Counted from the first letter of the stretch, positions 30,907 through 41,181 are shown. The stretch is DNA of 64,000 nucleotides from an uncultured delta proteobacterium (GCA_963848295.1 CAWKDB010000010.1:2272001-2336000), one strand, 5' to 3'. Notes: generated by a model not told the origin, from the letters alone. Numbers and translations: made by a program.

Positions 30907-31829
30907 TCGCCGCGCGCGCGATCGCGATCGTCGTCGCGGTCGCCGGAGTCGCCGGCGCGCGCCCGGTCACGCCGCCACCGGGCTGGAAATCCGACGACGC
31001 GCGCGCCAGCTCGCTCACCGATCAGCTCGCGAGCAGCGGCACCGAAGGCGCGACGAAATCGACCGGCCGCGTCGAGGTCTACCTCGCGCCTCAGCGGGGG
31101 GTCGCGCTGTTCGTCACCGACATCATCGCGCTGCCACCGGCCGGCACGGCGAACGCCGCGACCCGCGCTTACGTCGACGAGCTGCACGAGTCAGTCAAGC
31201 GCGCGCAGGTGACGAGCCAGACGATCCAAGAGGACACGTGGGGCCAGCACATCGATCCGGCGCACAAGCAGGTCGAAGCCGAGCTCGTGTTTCGCGACAC
31301 GTCGGCCGGGCTCATCACCCGCGATCGCCTGCTGATCGCGGCCGACGACACGCGGCTCGAAGCCGTGACCGGCGAGTGCGTCGCGGCTTCCGACGCGCCC
31401 GCCCCGCTCGTCGACGCGTGCAAAGCAGCGCTCGCGACGCTCGAAGTCGGCATCGATGCCGGCCATCGCATCGCGCTCGATCCCGCGAGTGCGCCACCAC
31501 CGGCTGCGGGGCTCGCGCCGACTGCGGCGCCGGCTCCGCCTCCGGCGCCGATCGACAACGGCCAGGTGTCGCGCCTGCACGACGACCAGGGTCATACGCC
31601 GCTGCCGCCGATCGTCGTCCATCACGAAGAGCCGATGAGCGATCGCCGCCCGATCTACCTCGGCGCCGGCATCGTCGTGCTCGCCGCGCTGTTCTGGTGG
31701 AATCGCCGCCGCCGCGCCGAGCTCGAGCGCGCCGATGCCGACGCCGATGCGTTGCAAGCTGCAGCTCGCGGCGACAAATCGGGCGCGGACGTTGTCGGCA
31801 ACAAGGACAAGGCCCAAAAAGATGACTGA
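30903..31829 (+). CDS. Hypothetical protein with signal peptide and C-terminal membrane anchor
   Basis: ATGA overlap; Pro-rich linker; IYLGAGIVVLAALFWWNRRRR. Confidence 0.75.
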   Translation: MIAARAIAIVVAVAGVAGARPVTPPPGWKSDDARASSLTDQLASSGTEGATKSTGRVEVYLAPQRGVALFVTDIIALPPAGTANAATRAYVDELHESVKRAQVTSQTIQEDTWGQHIDPAHKQVEAELVFRDTSAGLITRDRLLIAADDTRLEAVTGECVAASDAPAPLVDACKAALATLEVGIDAGHRIALDPASAPPPAAGLAPTAAPAPPPAPIDNGQVSRLHDDQGHTPLPPIVVHHEEPMSDRRPIYLGAGIVVLAALFWWNRRRRAELERADADADALQAAARGDKSGADVVGNKDKAQKDD

Positions 31830-33276
31830 CGAAGCCGCACCGACCCCGGGCGAGCTGATCCTGATCGTCGACGACGAGAAGAACATCCGGCGCGCGCTGC
31901 GGATGGTGCTCGAGAGCGAAGGTCATCCCGTGCACGAAGCCGGCTCGATCGCCGAGGCCGAGGCGCTCCTGGTGCGCGAGCCGGTCGAGCTCATCTTGCT
32001 CGACGTCAAGCTCGGTGAGGACAACGGGCTCGACTTGCTGCGCACGCTCAAGGCGCGCGGCGAAGACGGGATGTCGAGCCGGACCTCGGACATCCCGGTC
32101 GTGATGATCTCCGGTCACGCGACGATCGACGACGCGGTGTCGGCGACCCGGCTCGGCGCGTTCGACTTCATGGAGAAGCCGCTCGATCGCAATCGCGTCA
32201 TGGTGACCGTGCGCAATGCGCTCGAGCGCCGGCGGATGTGGCGCGAGGTTCACGATCTTCGCCGCGCGGTCGACGCTCGTTACGAGCTGCTCGGCAACAC
32301 GCCGGTGATGCACGACCTCCGCCGTCAGATCGCCAAGGTCGCGCCGAGTCGCAGCCGCGTGCTGATCACCGGCGACAGCGGCACCGGCAAAGAGCTGATC
32401 GCGCGCGCGATCCACCGCAACAGCAGCGTATCGAGCGGGCCGTTCGTCAAGGTCAACTGCGCCGCGATTCCGCCCGAGCTGATCGAGAGCGAGCTGTTCG
32501 GTCACGAGCGCGGCGCGTTCACCGGCGCGATCGCGAAGAAGCGAGGTCTGTTCGAGGTCGCCGATGGCGGCACGATCTTCCTCGACGAGATCGGCGACAT
32601 GGCGCAGTCCGCGCAAGCGAAGGTGCTGCGCGTGCTGCAGACCGGCGAGTTCACGCGCGTCGGTGGCGAGAAGAGCCTGCGCACCGACTGCCGCGTCGTC
32701 GCGGCGACGAACCGCGACCTCGAGGAGATGGTCAAGGCCGGATCGTTCCGCGAGGATCTCTACTTCCGGCTCAATGTCGTGCCGATCCGCTCGCCCGATC
32801 TCGTAGAGCGCGCCGACGACGTCCCGCTGCTCGTCGAATCGTTCGTCCGAGAGTGCTGCGACGAGAACGGTCTCGGCTACAAGCCCGTTGACGAGCCGGT
32901 GTTCGACCGCCTCAAGCAATACGAGTGGCCAGGTAACGTGCGCGAGCTGCGCAACGTCGTCGAACGGCTCGTCATCATGAGCGACGACGTGATCCGGGAG
33001 AAAGATCTGCCGCCGTACCTCGGGGGCCCGCGCTCCGCTGGCCATCGCGCGCCCACCGGCCCGCAGACCGCGATCGATCTCGGCCGTTACGCCGGCAAGA
33101 GCCTGCGCGAGTTTCGCGAAGAGGTCGAGAGCGAGTTCATCCGCATCCGGCTCGCCGAATTCGAGTGGAACATCTCGCGCACCGCCCAAGCGCTCGGTAT
33201 CGAACGGACGAACCTGCACAAGAAGCTGCGCGCGCTCGGCATCCAGCGCGGCGAAGGAAGCGGAGATCATGATTAA
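31822..33276 (+). CDS. Sigma54-dependent response regulator (NtrC/NtrX-like)
   Basis: REC (IVDDE, LLDVKL), GDSGTGKE, ESELFGHERGAFTGA, FLDEIGD, WPGNVREL, Fis HTH. Confidence 0.95.
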   Translation: MTDEAAPTPGELILIVDDEKNIRRALRMVLESEGHPVHEAGSIAEAEALLVREPVELILLDVKLGEDNGLDLLRTLKARGEDGMSSRTSDIPVVMISGHATIDDAVSATRLGAFDFMEKPLDRNRVMVTVRNALERRRMWREVHDLRRAVDARYELLGNTPVMHDLRRQIAKVAPSRSRVLITGDSGTGKELIARAIHRNSSVSSGPFVKVNCAAIPPELIESELFGHERGAFTGAIAKKRGLFEVADGGTIFLDEIGDMAQSAQAKVLRVLQTGEFTRVGGEKSLRTDCRVVAATNRDLEEMVKAGSFREDLYFRLNVVPIRSPDLVERADDVPLLVESFVRECCDENGLGYKPVDEPVFDRLKQYEWPGNVRELRNVVERLVIMSDDVIREKDLPPYLGGPRSAGHRAPTGPQTAIDLGRYAGKSLREFREEVESEFIRIRLAEFEWNISRTAQALGIERTNLHKKLRALGIQRGEGSGDHD

Positions 33277-33883
33277 GCAAACTGTCCTCGTACTGGTGCT
33301 CGTCGTCGCGTGCGGCAAGAAAGCCGGCGACAAAGCGGCGCCGGCCAAGCCGACCGTGACGATCGATGCGGCGGCGGTCAACGCGCTCGTGCCCGCCGCG
33401 CTCAAAGACAAGATCGTGTTCGAGAAGCGAACGATCAAGATCAAGCGCGGACGCGACGACGTCTCGTATACGCTCGCCGCGCCGAAGACGTGGAAGCAAG
33501 ACGGCGACATGTTCGCCTCGCTCAAGGCCGACGAGGCCGGTGGCTTCTTCTCCAAGATGGCGATCAACCCGAACTGCGGCACGTCGTTCAAGGACAGCGA
33601 GTGCAAACCGAAAGATTGGGCGAAGATCGCCGACATCGCGACGTTCGCCCCGCACGTCACGGCTAAAGAGACGATCGTCAAGGACGAAAAGGCCAACGGC
33701 CGCCGCACGATGATCGCGAGCGAGCCGGACAACACGAAGATCACGCACGTGTCGGTCGCGTGGTGGAACGACGGCGACAGCAACTACCACATCTGCTCGG
33801 CGGACCTCGACGAGAGCATCAAGGACGCCGCGCCGGCGTTCGCGAAGGCGTGCGAGGCGGTCGCCATCGACGGTGACGACTGA
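33269..33883 (+). CDS. Hypothetical lipoprotein
   Basis: Lipobox VVAC-GKK; overlaps the upstream stop. Confidence 0.8.
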   Translation: MIKQTVLVLVLVVACGKKAGDKAAPAKPTVTIDAAAVNALVPAALKDKIVFEKRTIKIKRGRDDVSYTLAAPKTWKQDGDMFASLKADEAGGFFSKMAINPNCGTSFKDSECKPKDWAKIADIATFAPHVTAKETIVKDEKANGRRTMIASEPDNTKITHVSVAWWNDGDSNYHICSADLDESIKDAAPAFAKACEAVAIDGDD

Positions 33884-35007
33884 AGCTCGCGATCGTCGTC
33901 GCGGTCGTCGTCGCGAGTCGGCTCGCTAGCGCGGCGCCGTCGAGCGCGATCGATGGCCGGGACCTGCGCGCCGTCGATGCGCTCGCGCGGGACGACATCG
34001 CCGCGGTCGCGAGCGCGGTCACCGAGATCGAGCAGGGCCCGCCAGATCCGGATGCGCTGTTCGCCGCCGCGCGCGCGTGCGAGGACAAGTTGCTCGATCC
34101 CGCACGCGCTCTCGCGCTCTACGACCGGATCGCTCGCGAGCTGCCCGATGCCCGAGTCGCGGCGAGCGCCGAGCGCCGGGCCCAGTACCTGCGCTCGCAG
34201 ATCGGCGATGGCAGCTACGCCGGGCAAGCGCGTGACCTCGCGCGCCTGATCGCCGGCGCCGACCGGCTCGCGCCCGAAGAGGTCGTGCGCCGCGGGACCG
34301 CGCTGGTGAATACCCCGTGGCCGGGCGCGGCCGACGCCGCGTTGTGGCTCGCCGACTGGTCTCGCCGCTCGGGCTACATCGCCGAGGCCGCCGCGCGCTA
34401 CGCCGACGTCGCGACGCGCTGGCCGCACACCAAGCAAGCGCGTGAAGCCGCGCTCGGCGCCGCGGGCTGCGCGATCGATGCCGGCGACTGGGACCGCGCC
34501 GAGGAGCTCGCCACGACGTTGCCGAGCGCGACGCCGTTCGATCAGCTCGTGCGCTCCGACCTGATCGCGGCGGCGGCTCGCGGCCGGCGGCGTGATCGGC
34601 GCTACCGCGATGCGTATCTCGCGCTCGCCGCAGCGATCGCCGCGCTGTTGGCCTCGCTCGCGGATGCGGCGCTGCGCGGGGGGCGAACCGCGATCTCGTT
34701 CCGGCCGGCGACCGAGGTCCTGTTCCTCGCACCGGTGTCGGGCGTGCTCGTCTTGCTCGCGTTTACCGCTCATCGCGCGATCGCGCCCGCGGTCGCGCGG
34801 ATCTCGGTCGTCGGCGTGATGCTCGCGTACTTGTCGGGCCTCGCTCTCGATACGGCTCGCGCGCGCGGTCGCGCGACGCGGCTGCGAGGCCTCGGTCACC
34901 TCATCGCGTGCATGGTCGGAGTTGTCGCGATCAGCTACATCGCGGTGATGCGCGACGGCCTGCTCGACATGGTGCTCGAGACCGTGCAGTTCGGGCCCGA
35001 AGGTTGA
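33880..35007 (+). CDS. TPR-like protein with C-terminal multi-pass membrane domain (probable CTG start)
   Basis: Frame is open from CTG 33880 (in-frame TGA at 33874) and encodes signal peptide (M)KLAIVVAVVVASRLASA; helical repeats; about 4 TM segments. Confidence 0.7.
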   Translation: MKLAIVVAVVVASRLASAAPSSAIDGRDLRAVDALARDDIAAVASAVTEIEQGPPDPDALFAAARACEDKLLDPARALALYDRIARELPDARVAASAERRAQYLRSQIGDGSYAGQARDLARLIAGADRLAPEEVVRRGTALVNTPWPGAADAALWLADWSRRSGYIAEAAARYADVATRWPHTKQAREAALGAAGCAIDAGDWDRAEELATTLPSATPFDQLVRSDLIAAAARGRRRDRRYRDAYLALAAAIAALLASLADAALRGGRTAISFRPATEVLFLAPVSGVLVLLAFTAHRAIAPAVARISVVGVMLAYLSGLALDTARARGRATRLRGLGHLIACMVGVVAISYIAVMRDGLLDMVLETVQFGPEG

Positions 35008-35055
35008 TACGCTCACGCGGTGAAGCGCGGCCGGATTCTCGCGATCAAGTGGGGG

Positions 35056-35181
35056 ATGAACCCGAACTCGTCGAGTCTCGGCGTCGACGTCACTTTCCTA
35101 CTTGTAGGTGCAACGGCGCTCGCGATGGTCACGCCACTGATCGGTGTGTTGCTGCGTTGGCGGCCGAAGCCGAAGTCGTAA
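35056..35181 (+). CDS. Possible small single-pass membrane protein (41 aa)
   Basis: Hand translation MNPNSSSLGVDVTFLLVGATALAMVTPLIGVLLRWRPKPKS*. Confidence 0.35.
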   Translation: MNPNSSSLGVDVTFLLVGATALAMVTPLIGVLLRWRPKPKS

Positions 35182-35264
35182 CCAAATTCGCGCCGATTCA
35201 GCACGCCCGCGCCGATTCAGCAGTGCAAGATCGGCATGGCGGCGATCTGGGCTGGGACTAGCTC

Positions 35265-35680
35265 CTCGAGTCCTCGCGGAGCTGTTCATGACCGAGGCTT
35301 GTCAGGCCGCGGGCCGCGGCACGATCGCGATCGCGCCCGACGGTCTCGCCGCACTCGGCGCGTATCGCTGGCCCGGCAACGTCCGCGAGCTGAAGAACGC
35401 GATGGAGTACTTCGCGGCGACGCTGACAGCCCACATGCTCACCGCCGCCGAGGTCGCCGAGCGACTGGGGTCAAGGCCCGCCGCGCCGCCGGAGCGACCG
35501 ACGAGCGACGGCCCGCGGACGTTCGCGCCGATCGCCGACGAGATCCGCGCGCTCGAGATCGAGCGAATGACTCAGGCCCTCGAAGTCGCCAGCGGCAACC
35601 AGACCAAGGCGGCCGAGCTGATCGGGATGCCGCTGCGCACGTTCTTTACGAAGATGCGCCAGTACAATCTTCGCAAGTAG
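35265..35680 (+). pseudogene. C-terminal fragment (AAA lid + Fis HTH) of a sigma54 enhancer-binding protein
   Basis: YRWPGNVRELKNAME and GNQTKAAELIGMPLRT present; Walker A, GAFTGA and Walker B absent. Confidence 0.65.
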
Positions 35681-35704
35681 CTGTCATTTCATCGCGATCG
35701 GCCT

Positions 35705-35732
35705 GCATCCAAAGGCGGCCCGGCGGCGAATA
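35705..35732 (+). promoter_or_regulatory. Putative SigK-like ECF promoter
   Basis: GCATCC (35705-10)-N16-CGAATA (35727-32), 7 nt before the ATG of the ECF gene; resembles the mycobacterial SigK CCATCC/CCGAA consensus. Confidence 0.5.
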
Positions 35733-35739
35733 CAGCTGC

Positions 35740-36315
35740 ATGACCGACTCGATCAGCACTGGCGGCGAAGGCGCTCGGGCGGATGAAGTGGCCTTGGTGG
35801 CGGCGGTCGCGCGCGGCGATCGCGCGGCCTTCGCGGCGCTGTACCGGCGGCACTCGGCGGTGCTGCTCGGGGTCGCGATCAAGATCGTGCGTGAGCGGCG
35901 CGAAGCCGAGGACTTGCTGCACGACGTGTTTCTCGAGGCGTGGCGGGCGGCGGGTGACTACGATCCGAAACGCGCGAACGTCCGGACCTGGCTCGCGCTG
36001 CGCATGCGATCGCGCGCGCTCGACGTCGTGCGATCGGCGCGCGTGGCGCGCAACGCCGGTGATGCCGGCATCGACGAGGTGCTCGACGAGCGAACGCCCT
36101 CCCCCGATCACGCGCGCGCGCGACGCGCTCTGCAGATGCTGCGCGCCGGCGAGCGCGAAGTGCTCGAGCTCGCGTACTTCGGCGGCCAGTCGTGCACCGA
36201 GATCGCGAAGCGACTCGCGATGCCCCTCGGTACCGTGAAGTCGCGGCTCGCCGATGGCATGAGGCGCTTGCGTGCGGTGCTCGTCGCCGGCCCGGTCGCG
36301 TCGCAACCGGCATGA
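35740..36315 (+). CDS. ECF sigma-70 factor (SigK-like) 1
   Basis: GDRAAFAALY, AEDLLHDVFLEAW, LELAYFGG..EIA...PLGTVKSR. Confidence 0.92.
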   Translation: MTDSISTGGEGARADEVALVAAVARGDRAAFAALYRRHSAVLLGVAIKIVRERREAEDLLHDVFLEAWRAAGDYDPKRANVRTWLALRMRSRALDVVRSARVARNAGDAGIDEVLDERTPSPDHARARRALQMLRAGEREVLELAYFGGQSCTEIAKRLAMPLGTVKSRLADGMRRLRAVLVAGPVASQPA

Positions 36316-36334
36316 TAGCGTGCAGCCGATCGCC

Positions 36335-36893
36335 ATGCCCCAACCCGACGAGCGCATCGCGGTGACACCGCCGTTGCTCGCCCGCGTCGCGACCGGCGAC
36401 CCGGCGGCGGTTCGCGAGTGCATCGCGCAGTTCAGCGGGCTCGTGTGGTCGCTCGCGCGTCGCTTCGATCCGGCGGACGCGGAAGATGCAGCGCAGGAGA
36501 TCTTCTTGGATCTGTGGAAGAGCGCAGGTCGCTACGATGCCGCGCTCGGCTCGGAGGTGACCTTTGTCGCGACGATCGCTCGCCGCCGGCTGATCGATCG
36601 CCGCCGATTCTCGCGGGCGCCGGCCGACGACGGAGCAGCTCGTCGACCTCCCGGTCGCGGATCCGAGCGCCGGCCCCGCCGAATCGGCCGAGGCGACGAA
36701 AGCCGCCGCGGCGCTCGGCCAGCTGCGGCCGGAGCAGCGCGAAGTGCTCGTGCTATCCACGTGTCATGGCCTGTCGCACGGCGAAATTGCCGCGAAGACC
36801 GGCATGCCGCTCGGGACGGTCAAGGCTCATGCGCGACGTGGACTACTCTCGATCCGCGCGACACTCTTAGGCGTACGAACTGGAGAATCGTGA
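36335..36893 (+). CDS. ECF sigma-70 factor (SigK-like) 2, +1 frameshift near 36615 (probable error)
   Basis: Region 2 AEDAAQEIFLDLW; region 4 LRPEQREVL..GLSHGEIAAKTGMPLGTVKAHARRGL in the next frame, ending at TGA 36891-93. Confidence 0.85.
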
Positions 36894-37828
36894 TGGGTTC
36901 GTCGGTCAACGATCCGCGCGCTGAGGAGCTGCTCGTCGAGCAGGCGCTGCACGGCCTCGACGACCACGAGCGCCGGGAGCTCGAACAGCTCGGCGCTGCC
37001 GGCGACACGACGTTCGATCTCGCCGCCGCCGCGGTCGCCCAGGTCACGATCGATCGCGAGGAGATGCCGGCGCACGTGACCGCGAAGATCTTGGCGGCGG
37101 CACCCGCGCTCGACATGCGCCGGACGCTCACCGGAGTCGTCGCCCCGACCGAGCTGCCGCGCGACACGCTGGTCGGCGTCCAGCTCTCGGAGTTCACGCC
37201 CGCGTCCGAGCCCTCGGCGCTGCCGATGGCCATGCCGATGGCCGTGCCGGTGCCTGCGCCGGCAGCAGCTCCACTCGTCGCTCCGGTGGACGAGCTCGCG
37301 GCTCGACGCAACCGCTCTCGGTTCGCGACCGTCGCGCCATGGCTCGCTGCGGCGGCGTGCCTCGTGATCGCATCCGGCGCCGTGTTCTACGCCGCGCGCA
37401 ACGGCGGTGGTGGCACCGCGGCGTCGATCGTATCGGCCGCCGATGGCCGCGCCGCGCTCGTCAAGAACGCCACCGATCTGACGACGATCGCGTGGACCGC
37501 GACGAAGGATCCGGCCGCCACGGCGGCGACCGGCGACGTGATCTGGAGCGAGGCGCAGCAACGCGGCTACATGCGGTTCGTCGGGCTCGCCGCGAACGAT
37601 CCGAAACAGTTCCAGTATCAGCTGTGGATCTTCGACAAGAATCGCGACGACAAGTTCCCGGTCGACGGCGGCGTGTTCGACGTGTCCTCGACCGGCGAAG
37701 TGATCATCCCGATCACGGCGCGGCTCCGCATCGCGGACGCGACGCTGTTCGCGGTCACGATCGAGAAGCCGGGTGGCGTCGTCGTGTCGAAGCGCGAGCG
37801 CATCGTCGTGACCGCGGCCAAGGGGTAA
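36893..37828 (+). CDS. Anti-sigma factor, RskA family
   Basis: TGATG overlap; TM PWLAAAACLV; QYQLWI, PVDGGVF, FAVTIEKPGG. Confidence 0.88.
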   Translation: MGSSVNDPRAEELLVEQALHGLDDHERRELEQLGAAGDTTFDLAAAAVAQVTIDREEMPAHVTAKILAAAPALDMRRTLTGVVAPTELPRDTLVGVQLSEFTPASEPSALPMAMPMAVPVPAPAAAPLVAPVDELAARRNRSRFATVAPWLAAAACLVIASGAVFYAARNGGGGTAASIVSAADGRAALVKNATDLTTIAWTATKDPAATAATGDVIWSEAQQRGYMRFVGLAANDPKQFQYQLWIFDKNRDDKFPVDGGVFDVSSTGEVIIPITARLRIADATLFAVTIEKPGGVVVSKRERIVVTAAKG

Positions 37829-37840
37829 GCTCCCGGCGCG

Positions 37841-39001
37841 ATGCCGAAGCGACGCCGTCACGGCGATGACTTGCGCGGAGCGAGTCGGCTCGCGGTCGAA
37901 GCCACCCGCGGCGTCACCGCGCTGATCGAAGAGATGCACGCGACGATCGCGAGCGGCCCGGCGATCCTTGGCAAGCCGCTCGCGGTGCCGGCCAAGCTCG
38001 CGACCGGCGTCGTCTACGGCGCGGTCCGCGGCGTCGCGCAGCTCGTCGGCGCGGGCATCGACCTCGCACTCGCGCAGCTCGCCCCGCTGCTCGGCGCGAG
38101 CGCACCCGGCACCGATCGAGAGATCGTGCTCGGCGTGCTCGACGGCGTGCTCGGCGATTACCTGGTCGAGCACGGCAATCCGCTCGCGATCGCGATGGAG
38201 CTGCGCGATCACGGCGAGCGGAGCGCGACGAGCAAGCTCGTGGTGCTCGTCCACGGTCTGTGCGGCACCGACCACGACTTCGTGCGCTACGGTCCGGATC
38301 TAGGCGCGGCACTCGAGCGCGACCTCGGGTACACCGCGATCTACCCGCACTTCAACAGCGGACGGCACGTGTCGACGAACGGGCGCGAGCTCGCGATGCT
38401 GCTCGACCAGCGCGTCGCCGCATGGCCGGTTCCGCTCGACGAGCTCGTGCTGATCGGCCACAGCATGGGCGGGCTCGTAGCGCGCAGCGCGTGCCACGTC
38501 GCCGAGCTCGAGCACATGTCGTGGCGCGGCAAGCTCCGCACGCTGATCACGCTCGGTGCACCGCATCACGGCGCTCCGCTCGAGCGCGGCGGCAGCTGGC
38601 TCGATCTGTTGCTCGCGGTCAGCCGGTACAGCGCGCCGTTGCGCCGGCTCGGCCGGATTCGCAGCGCCGGCATCACCGACTTGCGCTACGGCAACGTGGC
38701 CGATCACGATTGGCAGGGCCGCGATCGCTTCGACCACGGCAGCGATCCGCGCGAGCTCGTACCGCTCCCCGCCGACGTCGCCTGCTACGCGGTCGCCGGG
38801 ACGTTGTCGCCGCAACCCGGCGGCAAGCCGCGCAGCGACGGCATCATCCCGGTCGCCAGCGCGCTCGGCCTGCACGATAACCCCGAGCTCGTGCTCGCGT
38901 TCCCCGAGACGCATCGGATGATCGCGTACGGCGTGGGCCACACCGACTTGCTCGGCGACGCGGCGGTCTATGCCGCGATCCGCGGCTGGCTAACGCGCTA
39001 A
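37841..39001 (+). CDS. Alpha/beta hydrolase (PGAP1/lipase-like)
   Basis: LVHGL, GHSMGG, LGAPHHGAPLE, SDGIIPVASA. Confidence 0.88.
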   Translation: MPKRRRHGDDLRGASRLAVEATRGVTALIEEMHATIASGPAILGKPLAVPAKLATGVVYGAVRGVAQLVGAGIDLALAQLAPLLGASAPGTDREIVLGVLDGVLGDYLVEHGNPLAIAMELRDHGERSATSKLVVLVHGLCGTDHDFVRYGPDLGAALERDLGYTAIYPHFNSGRHVSTNGRELAMLLDQRVAAWPVPLDELVLIGHSMGGLVARSACHVAELEHMSWRGKLRTLITLGAPHHGAPLERGGSWLDLLLAVSRYSAPLRRLGRIRSAGITDLRYGNVADHDWQGRDRFDHGSDPRELVPLPADVACYAVAGTLSPQPGGKPRSDGIIPVASALGLHDNPELVLAFPETHRMIAYGVGHTDLLGDAAVYAAIRGWLTR

Positions 39002-39010
39002 GGTATCGCC

Positions 39011-40291
39011 GTGATCGCCACCCTTCGACGAGCGAGCGACGCGCTCGGTGCGATCGTCGAGCGATTACGTGCCGCGCGCAGTCATCCGCCGCGCAGGTCG
39101 CGGTTCGAGCGGTTCGGCGCGATCCTCCAGCTCACCGTGCCGCGCGCGCTCGTGTTCGTCGATCGCGCGATGGCACGACGCACGGTGACGATGCGCGGCG
39201 AGCCCCCCGAGTGGCGCGGCCCCGAGGGCGAGCTCGGGGACCACGTGCTGTCGGCGCCGCTCGAGGCGCACTTGCAGCTGACGAATCGCTGCGGCGCGGG
39301 CTGCGCTGGCTGCTACACCGGCGCCTCGCCGGCCGGCGGCCCGAACGAATGGGGGCTCGTCGAGTGGCAGCGCGCGGTCGACGTGCTCGCAGATGCCGGC
39401 GTGTTCCATCTCGCGCTCGGCGGTGGCGAGAGCGCGGTGCTGCCGTGGCTCGGCGAGCTCGCGGCGTACGCTCGCTCGCGCGGCTTGGTGCCGAACCTCA
39501 CGACCTCCGGGCTCGAAGGTCTCGATGCGCTCGTCGCGATCGCGGATCGGTTCGGGCAGATCAACGTCTCGCTCGACGGGCTCGAAGCGACGTACGCGGC
39601 CGTCCGCGGCTTCGATGGCTTCGCGCGTGCCGATGCCGCGATCTCGCGCCTGCGCGCGGTCAAGCGCGAGGTCGGCATCAATGTCGTCGTCACGCGTCAC
39701 AACATCGGCGAGCTCGACGCGATCTTCGCGTACGCCGCTCGCCGCCGGCTGTCCGAGGTCGAGCTGTTGCGGTTCAAGCCGTCGGGCCGCGGCGCGCGCG
39801 CGTACAATGATCTGCGCTGCACCGATGCGCAACACCGCGCGTTCTTGCCGAGCGTGCTCGCGTCCGCGCGCCGCCATCGCATTCGGGTCAAGGTCGACTG
39901 CTCGTACACGCCGATGCTCGCGCACCATCGCCCGGATCGCGCGTTGCTCGCCGAGCTCGCGGTCTACGGCTGCACCGGCGGTGATTTTCTCGTCGGCGCC
40001 AAAGCCGATGGTCGGCTGACCGCGTGCAGCTTCATGGGCTCACCGGCCGACCGCCCCGACGTCACGCAGCTCGCGACCTATTGGGATCGACCCGGCGCGT
40101 TCGGCGCGTTCCGCACGTGGCGCGATGCCGCGGAGCCGTGCGCGAGCTGCGAATATCACGCGTTGTGTCGCGGCGGCTGCAAGGTCGTGAGCGCGCACGT
40201 CAACGGCGATCCCGCGACGCCCGATCCCGAGTGTCCGCGCGTGATCGACCACGCGAGACCGCGGCCCCGCGTTCAGCTCCCCGTGTTATAG
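39011..40291 (+). CDS. Radical SAM protein with SPASM domain
   Basis: CGAGCAGC, GGGE, VSLDG, CTGG..C..CASC....LCRGGC..DPEC. Confidence 0.92.
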   Translation: MIATLRRASDALGAIVERLRAARSHPPRRSRFERFGAILQLTVPRALVFVDRAMARRTVTMRGEPPEWRGPEGELGDHVLSAPLEAHLQLTNRCGAGCAGCYTGASPAGGPNEWGLVEWQRAVDVLADAGVFHLALGGGESAVLPWLGELAAYARSRGLVPNLTTSGLEGLDALVAIADRFGQINVSLDGLEATYAAVRGFDGFARADAAISRLRAVKREVGINVVVTRHNIGELDAIFAYAARRRLSEVELLRFKPSGRGARAYNDLRCTDAQHRAFLPSVLASARRHRIRVKVDCSYTPMLAHHRPDRALLAELAVYGCTGGDFLVGAKADGRLTACSFMGSPADRPDVTQLATYWDRPGAFGAFRTWRDAAEPCASCEYHALCRGGCKVVSAHVNGDPATPDPECPRVIDHARPRPRVQLPVL

Positions 40292-40301
40292 AGTCGGCGC
40301 C

Positions 40302-41117
<816 letters not shown>

Positions 41118-41181
41118 CGCTGCGACCGAGCGAATCGCTCGAGGACGGAACCTACCCGCCTCCGCGCGACTCTAACCGACC

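Noticed and set aside
36272..37828. Apparent 518-aa sigma/anti-sigma fusion in the ORF track
   Set aside because: Sigma region 4 lies in another frame with its own TGA at 36891-93 overlapping the anti-sigma ATG; the fusion arises from one extra base near 36615
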